A stretch of DNA of 61,521 nucleotides, counting the filler, from Choristocarpus tenellus KU-1152 (Eukaryota > Protista > Phaeophyceae): the NCBI GenBank assembly GCA_964200185.2. It is 11 parts of 11 records of this genome, joined end to end, with 100 filler letters (N's around TTAATTAATTAA, not from the genome) between each part and the next. Parts side by side here need not be neighbours in the genome. Positions count along the whole stretch, not along the records: positions 33,466 to 40,385 come from CAXNAD020007058.1; positions 40,486 to 47,638 come from CAXNAD020006610.1; positions 47,739 to 55,037 come from CAXNAD020006381.1; 8 more parts are not named here. One strand, 5' to 3'. How positions within the stretch are numbered: position 1 is the stretch's first letter; every line of letters starts with the position of its first letter. Shown here one piece after another: positions 39,125 through 51,200 of the stretch. The position numbers and the translations under genes are program-made. The notes beneath the pieces were generated by a model. It made no database searches. It was not told the DNA's origin and saw only the letters and a program-made list of their open reading frames with translations.

Positions 39125-40485
39125 AATCAGTCCGATTCCTACGGTAGTGGTCCTGCCAGAGGTGGGAGTACGTAATAATACTGTAGGTTATGAACGCTAA
39201 TACTAATACTTTAGAGGGTACATACGGCAGGATGGAAAAGGGTTGAGGGTCTTCCCAGAGTTACAGTCTAAGGGGTAGATGGGGACGAGTAGTAGAGTGC
39301 ACCGTTAATATCACAACCATGGTTATCCCATGGAGTTCATGATAAGAAGAAAAGATAATGGGTCAGGGTAGGAGTAATGTACCTGCGACAATCTTGTAGA
39401 GTAAGTGAAGTTTAGATATTTCTTGGAAATGTAGAGCTGGGGCAGATATCAGGTCTATAGCAATCAGTGATAGAGTGCGTGGTTTGTTTTCCGCTGCCTA
39501 TATCATTCACCCCAACCCATATGCCAAGAAAAATCGAACAGCGTGGGCTCATCGTAGGATGATGTAGAGGGGACCACCCCGTTCAAGGATCACGCGTGGA
39601 AGGTACACGAGGCTAGTAATGGGACGTTTTATTAGGCATAGGCACCTTGTGAATCAATGGCTATGCCACTACGAGTAGTATTAGATTTTAGGAAGTATAG
39701 CTACAAGCTGCGAGATAACTTGGTATAAGAAACAAAACAAATAAGAAAACCTGTATAGATAATTCAGAGTACTGAGTGAGGGCATGTGGTAGGTGGGGAT
39801 TTTTTAGGTGGAGTGACCGCCACAAAATTACGTATAGATATTTTCGGAGTACCGGATGAGGACATGTGGTAGGTGGGGATTTTAGGTGGAGTGAATGTCG
39901 CGAAAGTAAGAATTGGGGATTGGGAGTAGATATATGGTAGGTGATACGATCATTAAAAACGAGATGCGATAGTTAAAAGAAATGGACCAGGCGAGAGCAT
40001 CATATTGAAATTATGGAGGTAAAGAAGAGTTCACTAATATAAAGAGAGGGGAAGGGGAATGATTGACCGTACCTCCTGCCCCACCCTGCGTACAAATTTG
40101 AGATAACCTTGTGAATAAAGGGATACTGCTTACAATGGTAGGTTACATTTGAGGGCTTTAGGTTGCTTTAAAAAGAAAAAAAGAAAAAAATAGGGATTCG
40201 GACTATGATGTATGACTGTTTAAGGAGGATTCGTGGGCATCCTTTCTACATCATTAACAAATCACCACAGCGAAGGAAAGTGATAAGAGAAGGTAGAGTG
40301 CCCAATAGTGGGATAATCATTAAAAAAAAAGGGGGAGGGGGGGGGGAGGGATCCGGGTGACAAAGGGGGGGTTAGTAAGAAATGANNNNNNNNNNNNNNN
40401 NNNNNNNNNNNNNNNNNNNNNNNNNNNNNTTAATTAATTAANNNNNNNNNNNNNNNNNNNNNNNNNNNNNNNNNNNNNNNNNNNN

Positions 40486-40511
40486 CCCCCCCACCCCAGA
40501 TACTTTGACCT
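40486..40511 (-). mobile_element. MITE family B terminus at contig start
   Basis: Poly-C followed by AGATACTTTGACC. Confidence 0.75.
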
Positions 40512-41059
40512 GAAAGAGCTCCATCCACTATGATAAGTTGGCGAGCTTACACGTTGATCATTTCTCTGCCTGTGTATGTCTTTTATCTGGGCTTGATTCA
40601 TTGTTGATCCATCCAACAGGCATAGGGAGTAAGTATTGTTGAAAGATCTCCTGCTTGTGCTGCCTTCCTTTTTTTCTTCATAGTAATCGTTCATTAATTT
40701 CTTTTTTTTAAGGCTCATAGAAACAGATTTATGTGCACATAATTTGGTGACGGTAGTGTGCTTGTGTTTTAGATTTAGATCAACTGTTAAATCCCCATCT
40801 GCCTCTCCCTTGTTCTTCTTCGGGAGTAACAACCTATTGGATTTTGTAGTATTAGGGAGGTTTTAGTGCCTACCTAATTTAGAGAGAGATGAGGACTGCA
40901 CATTTTGTTACAGCTATCGCTGGGGCTGGACTCTTTGAAGAGGTGTTGAATATAGACCCTTAATTGAAATGTCAGTAAGTCCTCCGAATTCATTTTTGGG
41001 TCCTCAACAAACACAATATCCATCTCCCTTCTCCCTTTTACATGCTTTTTATTAAAAAG

Positions 41060-41750
41060 TATATGGACCTAATATGCAAGAGAGCCAGTGGGGAGTTGTA
41101 CACAACTGCACGCTGGACCAGAGATTTTGTGGACAAGCACCCCGCCTATAAGCACGACTCTGTTGTGCCTGAGCCTGTGGCACTGGACCTTCTGATGGAG
41201 CTCAAAGCTATTGGGGAGGTACAGTGGGTTTTGATCCTGTTTTTGGCTAAACTTGTTGTCTTTGTTTGGTTCATGTAATGTAATGCTGAAAACGTAGCCA
41301 ATATTTTAATAGTGTGTGGTACTGTCGTGGCTGTACTTGAAGTAGTAGTGGTACTTGTTGTGTCTTAGGTGCACATTTTCGTAAAAACAATGGTTGCAAA
41401 AGACATGCTTCTTGGTGTCTACAATGTATAGACAGAGGTACTATTGTATTGGACTAGGTTTTGGTGTATTAGGAAGAGTGTAACGTGGTTGAAATAATGT
41501 GTATCAGAAAATTCCTGGAACATTGCACCCACCCTCCCAATACCTCCCATGTTGTGGTCTGCATCTCCTGTTACTGCCATCGTTCCTTTCTAAACGGTGA
41601 TTTGGATATTAGGGACTGAAGCACGATGAATCCCTGCTTGGAGACCTTCACATTCGCCCCGTCAGACCGAAACAGGCCTATGATATTCCACTCTCATCAC
41701 GTAAGGTCTCCAGTGCCTGCCTGAACTACCTGGTCGAGAAGTATGCGTGA
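41060..41750 (+). CDS. GCLC: Glutamate-cysteine ligase catalytic subunit, C-terminal exons, partial
   Basis: Exon 41060-41218 YMDLICKRASGELYTTARWTRDFVDKHPAYKHDSVV matches the conserved eukaryotic GCLC C-terminus; next in-phase exon starts at 41613. Confidence 0.88.
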
Positions 41751-44700
41751 GTGATGTTTATTGATGTTTCTTATTGATCCTGACCCTTAGAAGATGATGT
41801 TTATATATTTCTTGCAAGTTGTGGAAGAGCCCTGATGGTACTATTATAGTTGTGGGTTATTTGGAGATGCAGTAGGAGCAGGTGGTGCACAAGGAATCTT
41901 GAATGGGCAATTCTTTTATCAGTGAAAGAACAGTGCTGTCTTTTGCTCTGCTCAGCATTGGAAACAGTTGAAATGGCGATGTTTCGTGTACATGTTTAGG
42001 TGAAGTGGATCAACAAGAGCTGTCAATGAAACGTCTTCCACCAATATCGATTCCATGTGCAGTGTCTCTATTGTCGCATCAACCAACCACTTTCACCTTT
42101 CTCACATTTTCAATTGGAGGGGGATTTTTATTTTTTTTGGCTCTTGCTGAAATAACCACCTGCACATGCACTATGCCTGTCACAAGAACTAATTGCTTCC
42201 AAAAGCCTTTGTAAGAATATATTTGGTTGTTTCATTCCATGCCTGCCTCAAATGATTTGTTGCCAGCATTGTGATGACTATGTGTTTGATTTTCAAAATA
42301 AGTGTGGGGCTGGGTTAGAAGGTCATTTTATGACGTCCCAGGGCACCCCTGCTGCCTGCAATAGAGTGAGCACCTGTTATCATGTCCGTGTCTACAGTCG
42401 ACAACATTTTGTGCTGATGGTTTCTTGTACAGCAATCTGGTACTTTTTATGTTACGTGGTAGACCTCGACTTGAATTAAGCTCTTTGTATTTGCAACTAT
42501 TCTTGGTGAATGCATACGCTACTGCTTGGTTGCTACTCTCTCATGGTTACCTATATATTCTACCTGTTTATTTTCTGCTTATTTCCCAATGTGCACTCTA
42601 CAAATATTGGTCATTACTTTTGTTACAAATAATGAGGTTTTATGGAGTAACCACGTCTAGAGCACAGTTTTGGACAGTCCAATCAATGGTGATTGGGTAA
42701 ACTACATCGCACTTCCATGCAGACTTTTTTTCCTGACAGTGCCCTTCCTACATCTTCCGTATCATTTACTCCCCACCCCCGTTTCTACTTCATCTATCTT
42801 ACAGACATCGTGAAAGGTGGAGTGAGTATACCAGTACAGCAACTCCTTCACCTGTGGATTCACTACGGCGCAAACATCCCTCTATCGACTCATCTCTAAG
42901 TAAGGAAGGTGACAACAGGCCTAGCACCAATGGGACAGCACAAGAGACAAATGAGGAAGCTGAAAATTTTACGGTGATTGGGAAGCCTCGCTTTCGGGAT
43001 AGAGATAGGGAACCCTCTCTTTCCTACAATTGAATGGATTAGATAGTTTGTCTTTGTAATTGTTGGAAACCTCTCCTTTTGATTGTTGCTTCTGACTGGG
43101 GTTAGGTAATTCACTTTTGGGGAGTGGGGCATGTATGGGGGCTGGGCTACGGCAGATTTGAAATGTTTTACTGTGCGCCTGGCATCACAGCGGGTGGCGC
43201 TTTTGGAGAACTCTATTGCTGGCACTGTCTGTTGGCATGGGTTTGACCTCAAGTCCTATATAGGTTGCTCATCTTTTTGAGAGATCTCTCAAGGCAGATT
43301 AGTAGTTGAAGGGGTGGTGTGGTCTGGGGGGTGGGATTATATTGCTTTGGGAAGAGGAAGGAGGGAGTGATTTGATTGACCCACAACATTGAATGTATTT
43401 GAGGATTGACTGCTCATGCTCCATGAAACATCTGTATCGCTTGTGTCATGTACAGGAATGCCTCCAGGTAGGTAGGTGTTGAGTTGTGAATACATTTGTG
43501 GACTTGATTTGATGCTACCGCCTGCAATGTGGCTGGCTGTCGGGTCCGAGTACATCTCTGCTCTGGGATGTAAGATTTGATTTTTGAACTCTCTTCACTG
43601 CTTGTGACGTGATGGAATCCCAGAATAAGTTACGTCGTTTTCTACAGGAAGTGTCAAGGATTGCAAATTGAAGAGGAGTATGCAAAGATTTGTGGAGATT
43701 GCTTCACCAAGGGGCTAGAGCTTTTTTGGCAGTGGTATTTTATTTGAGTCATTAGTAAGTATAGTCATTGAGTACTCTGCAGCTCTGAGTTGTTGCTGTA
43801 CAGATCATCCGCAGGCAAGTGTATTTGTGTCTGCAGAGGTGCTCGCCGCTCACCTCTATAATATATTTTGGTGTGATAGTAGGGATGAAAAGATTGAACA
43901 GAACATTGTAGAAGAGAACAGTGTACACAAGTAACATAAGGGAAGGCTGCTCTACAGATATTTGAGTGCGTTTCTCAACACAAGATATTATGTATCTTGA
44001 AGCAGTATATTATGCAAGGGGAGGTTCCATTTCAGAACGTTATTTATTTTGGTACGTATGTAGTGATAACAGGAAGGCATTTTGTTGAGGGATACCTCAG
44101 TACAAAATTGGTTAGGTTTTAGGATGTCAGGTTTACCTACAACAATGCTTACGGGATAGCTCTACCACCCAGCCACCAACGCAAGGGCGAGAAGTACACA
44201 CAACTACTACTCCAAGCTCTTTATTTTGCTGAAGATAAATCTGATTTATGCTTGAAGAGTGTTGGGATACAACAATTTTTGGTGCAAGGCATTGGATCGA
44301 GATTGTTATTATACAACCTGTTGAAACCTGATATTGAATTAATCGTCTTCTCTTCTTGTGCTGTGACAGGTCGGTAGGGAAGGGGTGTCATGGTGCAGTG
44401 AAACACTGGTGAATTTGTTCTGACGAACCCAGTGACATACTGCTCATAGAGTTTTTCTTTGCTGCAAAGTTGTTGGTATCCCTTGAGATGCTCGTAGGAA
44501 GAGATATATGATCTGAGTCGAGGCTTGGCACCTTGTGAAGAAGGGTTTCTGGGGATGTTTTAACTCCAAAAAGATGACATCCACTCTGCATTAGGTACAC
44601 TTAACACAGAGTGAGCTTAAAGTCTGAGTGGGGGCAAAGCCAACCAGAGAAAAAATAATGATCAACATATGACACGCAACTAACTGATGGTTCTGATGTG

Positions 44701-47700
44701 AAGATAAAAAGAAAAACAAAGTCAACTTCAATCAATATCTGGGACAATTCATGCGGCACATACTACGTTTGTATTTTTGGGAGATGTCGACTGTTTCATA
44801 CTAACTATACACCATGATGTTCTAGCAGTAGTTGATGCTATGATGGGGTTCTAATGATGTACATGTGTGTAATGACCAGTACCGATGTGCGAATCAACAC
44901 AGTATAAACTGGTAATGCTGTATCGTATCAAGTACACAAAAGATGAGTACCTTACGCTTTACACAGTAACATATTTACTCCTCTATTCTATAATCTGTAT
45001 CATTTCGTTTTTTTGTTAAAGAGCTTTTTCAAATGGGAGATTCAGAAATAATAAATAATATCGTTCAAAACCTAACAAGTTCGACTTGCACATTGGTATC
45101 TTCGAAACACCTTTTCATCTTGAAATGGTTGAGAAACCGACCCAGGTGTTTTCGGAAATGGCAGATTTAGCAAAACGGACCAAAAATGGCTGGAAATGAT
45201 GTTAATCAGTCATAATGTCTCAACGAGACGTCCGATGAAGACATGGTTAGTTGCGTTGGATTCCTTGGCGTTTTTTTGCATGAAATTAAATACTCATCAA
45301 TCTCATTCTCTCCCTCAATCCACCAGTTGTGGCCGTGTTGTACACATCTGTCGTCTATGTGTCTGTCGATGAATCTGGGGTTCCAGTCAGAGAAGCAGTT
45401 GAAGGCTGGTAGTAGAACGGATTAGCAGCAGTTTATTGGCCAACAAACCAACCCTAGAGGTAGTAGTATTGTCATTCATGTGTGATCGTGCATGAAGTAT
45501 CCTTATCTTAACCCCATATACATAACCTGATACCTTTTGGGGCACAGCTCAATGTGCTTTTATTATACTGTATACTTTCCTGAGATGAGACTCCAAACCG
45601 CTCCAAGTCCATACCGTATTACATAATCGTTCTTCATCCTGTCCTTCCCAGATTTTCGCAATTTTTGTACGACCTCGTAAGAAATAGGTAGGTGATTCTT
45701 GAGGCCTTCAAAATGCTACTAATTGGCAGTTTTTGTTGGTGTAGCCAAAACACACATTGCTCAGGCTGCAGATCTAAGAACACACTTCACTATGTGTGCT
45801 TCATACACAGTGGTGGGAAGAGTGTTTTCAGTGTATCTGAATGCTCCACTACTAGGTACTTGCATTTCAAGTGCATTTTGCTATACAACTTCAATGATAT
45901 GATCCTGACCTCGGCCTTCGCAGCACTCAACCAAAGGTTATTCTGGCGCTCTGTAGCACTATGTTGTGATTCGTAGCACTATAGCAACATGTCACGATTT
46001 GTAGCGATACGGACCGCTTTGTCCCACTGTACAATACTTCCTTGTGATACAGGATGTTTGAGGAGGGGGAGCATGCTGTCCGTATCTCGAATCTGAGGGT
46101 ATACAGCTGGAAGTAATAGTTCCAATGTCCGAATTTTCATTAACAAGTTGGATTCTTATATTTTCATGGATGCACACTATAAAGGTATCTACACCAAACT
46201 CCTAACAAAATTAAGGAACCCTTATCAACCATGTGCAGGTTCTGGGTTGTCAGAGGAGGAAAAGTTAGAGTCCGCGTTTGAACCATCATCCATGGATGAC
46301 TTCATGTCTTCTACTGACCCTCTTTTGTCGATCTTCTCTTCTTCCTCCTTGGTTTCTGAGACAAATTTAGCTGGCGCACTTGCCAATAATGTAGTCTTCA
46401 AGCTCTTGTACTAGGCATACTTGTCGATTAGTTGAAATTTACTCCTTACCCTACATCGAAATTTATTAGATATTCGCCAATATTAATCGTGTGATTCTGT
46501 GTCAATGTGGTTTTCTCAAACAAGGGTGGTGAAGAGAATGACCAGGCAAGATGGACCAGATGGACCAACACCAACCATACATAACTGAGAGGATGAGAGT
46601 TAAGGTTGGATAAGTGTAAGCGCACAGAGATGGGGAGGATCAAAGTTCGTATGGGGTTCAGAAAAGAAACGCCTTTAGACAAAACATCCACATTTTGAAA
46701 ATGTGGTCATAACGAGACGTCACGGGAAGTCACGGAAACCTATCATTCCGAAAACCCTCTATGGTTGAGGTGAAGTTCTCAGTAGAGAACCTGAAATATT
46801 GATATATGACATACAGAAAAAAAACGGCAAGGCAACAGACAAAGCTGCTTTCCACACTTCGATGCAGACAGATGCCAGACAGTTCTTTGACTGATAGGTG
46901 TTGTAATGTGTAGTTATGATCTCAGCACAAACAATGTTGTATGGACTCGACATGAGTGATAACGAAGTGATGAACATGTGGGACAATAAAACTTGAATTT
47001 ATGGTGTCAACGTTTTGAGCCATTACAAACTTTGGCAACAGTCTACTTTTAAGGCGTGTGAGACCTGAAATGGCGAAACTCGCCTAAGTGTGTGTTAACC
47101 AATAAGTCGAGTCAGTCAATAATTAATGCGACCTATGTTGGAATAGCACAGGGTCGTCTTTAATGGGCCACATACTGCAGTACCTAAGACGTATCGCTGT
47201 GGTGGATATCTGATATTCAAAAGCTATCATCATATCCTCCCCCCCAACTTCAACCCTGCCTCTATTCAAAAACTTTTGATGAACAATATAATTGGGGATG
47301 GTTGGTACAAAATGTTGCTTGTTTCCCTCCTAACACAAACCCAAACTTCCACATGCGTAATCCAAAAGCTATTTACTTGGACATCTTTTAGGGAATGGTT
47401 GACCCAAAATGTGATACTCTGGGAGGACCCTGGTCTGTGATCCCACTGCTACAAGTTATGAATTCCCTGTTGACCACTTTCAAGGCCAAACTTATGCACA
47501 GAACCGACAGCTACCTATCATGTGCGTTTTAAGTTCCATCATCAAACTTTGCACAGGCTGGTACAGTGTTAAAGAAACTGGTGTTCCCAAGACTTGTGTG
47601 TGTAAATAACTCGATTATTTCCTCATTATGTAGAACAGNNNNNNNNNNNNNNNNNNNNNNNNNNNNNNNNNNNNNNNNNNNNTTAATTAATTAANNNNNN

Positions 47701-47738
47701 NNNNNNNNNNNNNNNNNNNNNNNNNNNNNNNNNNNNNN

Positions 47739-47898
47739 GGGTGGTGGTTGTCCATTTGGGGACAATTTTTTTATGTCGCGATTTTTGTGTGGTTTGGTTG
47801 AATACGTCGGATGGATAATGTAAATGTACTTTACCTGATTTTGGTCCAAATGGATACCCTGGTGTAGCCCCCCCCCTCCCTCCCGGATACTTTGGGTC
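47739..47898 (+). mobile_element. MITE family B, nearly complete, left end lost in gap
   Basis: GTCCATTTGGGGACAATTTTT...CCAAATGGATACCCTGGTGTAG-C-rich-GGATACTTTGGGTC. Confidence 0.9.
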
Positions 47899-48270
47899 AC
47901 AACTGGATGCAATAAATTAAGAGTTAAAACATCCACAAAACCCTTCTTCACAAGTTGACAAACCTCTATTCAGAGCACGAATCTCTTCACATCACTACAC
48001 CAAATATCTGGTCACCATTGACTGTGCAAAGCATGTCAATAGGTTCTTCAGCCCAAATTCACCAGTGCTTCATTGCACTATGACACCCCTTCACCACAAC
48101 CAACCTGTCACTGTACAAGACCACAATTAATTCAATCCCAGGTCTCAACAGGTTATGAGCCTCACGCTATTCCCCTCTGGTTCCAACAGGTTTCAACACT
48201 TTACATACATTATGAAGCAGTAGACCAGCGTAACTACCGAAGTTGGCATGATGCCGTTTGATTCACACAG

Positions 48271-51200
48271 GTATATGAAGGAGAGTGGCGGGCTGGGAAG
48301 AGGCATGGCCATGGGGTACAACACTACGGGGTGGGAGACAAGGTTGAGCCATCATATACAGGGGAGTGGAAGGACAACCAAAGGAATGGCAAAGGAAAGA
48401 TGGTGTATGAATCTGGGAATGTATACGATGGCGATTGGAAGGAGGTTTGTTTCTGTTGTGCACAGGAATGTCTGGATGCGAGTTTTTGTCAATGCATAGG
48501 AGAAACCACCCTCATCTTCCATCAAATTCCTACTCTGGACTAGTTTTGAGAAAATATGTGCACATGGCAAAGTCTGGCTATCCGAGTAGTCCTTTGTGTA
48601 TAGTATGGAAATGCTTTACTTTGGCGTGTGATTTAATATGTAAAAATTAGTGGTCTTGTTGAGGACCATTTTTATTTCTTGCCAGGCACTGTATGCACAT
48701 AGCAGCAAAACATAAATAGTGATAAGACAAATATGTGTGTGTGTGTGTGTGTAGAAAATGCACCCTCTTAGAAAACCTTGACGATAACATTGGTTACTTG
48801 TTACCTACAAGACTGCTTCGCGCTTTAAGACAAGGGTTCACTATCTCATCTATCCCCCTGTACATATTTCCCCTACAAACAGGATTGTAAGGAGGGCCAT
48901 GGCACCATGCACTGGATAACACGGCAGGAGCGCTATACAGGAGCGTGGTTTGCAGACCTCCAGTCCGGGTTTGGGGAGCATGTGTGGATAGAAGTAAGGT
49001 ACTCCCCTCTCTACTTTCTTTTCTTCTCTGCAAAAGAAGAACTAAGTATCTTACAGGGTAGAGTTGTGTCCGTTTGGGGTTCAAGACCCATTGTTGTGAT
49101 TTTGATGCAATTTTGGCTATTGTGTTTGTTAGGAAGCGTCAATACCCTTGTTCCGGACACAACTTTTCATAATGTACACATTTTACCTACTCCGAAATAT
49201 TTCGGAGTAGGTAAAAGTCATAAGAAAACCTTGTGGGAAGCCGAGCTCCAAACGGACAAACAGGGCAACATTCGTACCCTCTAAGATACTTTCACTCAAA
49301 AGAAGAAAAAGTAGTAGTTGCTCAAAATACAGGCACTCTCATTTTTTTTTGCATTTCCTATTGTTGCTTCCCCATGTCCTCTGCATTGAACACGACACCA
49401 TGCCCCTCCTAGACTGCCCCCCTACAAATTCTGAATCTTGACATGTGTGTGTCATGCACCGCTCACCAGGTGTTGTCCTTTGACTTCTGGCCCCTAGACA
49501 GTATTGCACTACTCTAGTAGCTGTAGTCTGTGTGTTTGCACCGTTGTTGGGGGGCATTGATTTTGACTTTGCACCAGGAGCATGCATTTTCTTGTCGTCT
49601 TGTAGCAGGGGCAATAGGGGTTGTAGGGAAAAGGATAGGAGGTTTGAGGACACATAGAACCTACTATGGACAGCAATAAGGTCTTATCAAACCTGCTCAG
49701 CTGAATTATGTCCCAATCTTTCCCAAGTACATGTGGAATAAATGCTTTTGTGATGTATGCTTTCAGTGCCCACAATGTAATTTGGAAGACATTTCAACGA
49801 AATTAGAGTGAGATTCACATACCGTCGAAGCTTTCTTAACTGTATTGTGGGGACTATCCCAACCTGTGGTCAGATGTACCACACAGTGCACCACTTGACT
49901 ACTATATTCATACTTATTGTACCAACTACTGTTTGTAACGAATTATCTATGCAATACCTTAGGCACAGGCCAGCCCTTGGCCTGGTCCGGATACAATCTA
50001 TTGATGACCTGGTCCAAACATGTCAGGAAATGTTTGGACCCGTCCCGCCAGCGGACTTGACAGGTTCCAATGCTTGATGGGTCTGGTCCAGATATATCGA
50101 GAATCATTGGTGCCTGTCTGTCCCATGGATCGAATCGATTCTGACTCTTGGTGGACCTAGTCTGGATATGTCAGAAAATATTGGAACCTGTCCGGCCCGC
50201 GTACTGGTCTCTTTGTGTGTGCTCAGTCTGATGAAAAGCACTGAAAGTTTCCAGCAAAGTGTGCACTTGTGGGTATGTTATGGCATGCACTTCAAAATCT
50301 CTTCTTTTTTTTCAGATACAGCTTACAAGAGATCACCACTGCCATTTTTTTTACCTTCCTTAAAATCCAAACACGGCACTTAGAAAATCAATTCTACAGG
50401 GCTAGAAAATGGGTCTTGGTCAGCCCAGGTGGTACTAATCTTGGTCTAGAATGGTACAGGCACAAGACTTCCGGAATGACAAACCTTGACCCAACTATTT
50501 CTCGAGGTGCCTCTTTGATGCCACATCAAGCATAGACGTATCCTTTGTGCATAAAATCTCTCCCTTAGGATAGTGTTAGAGAGAACACTCAGTCTCCATA
50601 AGGTTGCCACACAAAGGGAGGACTTCTCCAATAACCTACTTCTAGTGGTGACAACCGCATTTCCAGGAAGTCATGGTTGAGAAGTGGGGAGGAGTGTGAG
50701 AGTGAGGGGCTCACTTAAATATACCATTTATCGCATTTTCCATGGCAGCACACTCTGCATCAACAAATTGATGCAGAATATCTGTGCTTAAATCTAACTC
50801 TTTCTGTCCCCACCTTCATGCCTCCCTCGCACCTGATGGTAGGGTGGCGATTGACACTCAGAAGCAGATGTGCAACATTTACCGAGGGCAATGGCAAACT
50901 GGGCTAAGGCACGGACAGGTTTGAAGATCTGGTGTATTTGGAACATGGAGTTCTCTCCTCTCTCCTGTGAACACTACTTTGTCCCACGGCTCGACCAATG
51001 GTTGAAACACATTGGATTCATAACAGTGGGTCCTCCTCGTTTGTGTATACATGTTTGTGCATAGGTCTGAACCACCTTGATAATCTCTGTAAGTCATTCC
51101 TTACGCACTTGACGGTGCCTGCTGCCATGCATGAAAAAGCACTATCCATATAATAATATCTGTTTCATATAACAATATCTGTTTCATTCTTGTCCTACCC

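Noticed and set aside
43750-44300. Restriction-like endonuclease of a non-LTR retrotransposon on the minus strand (KPDIL...YIIEV)
   Set aside because: Plausible but too decayed, and no RT motifs are recognisable nearby
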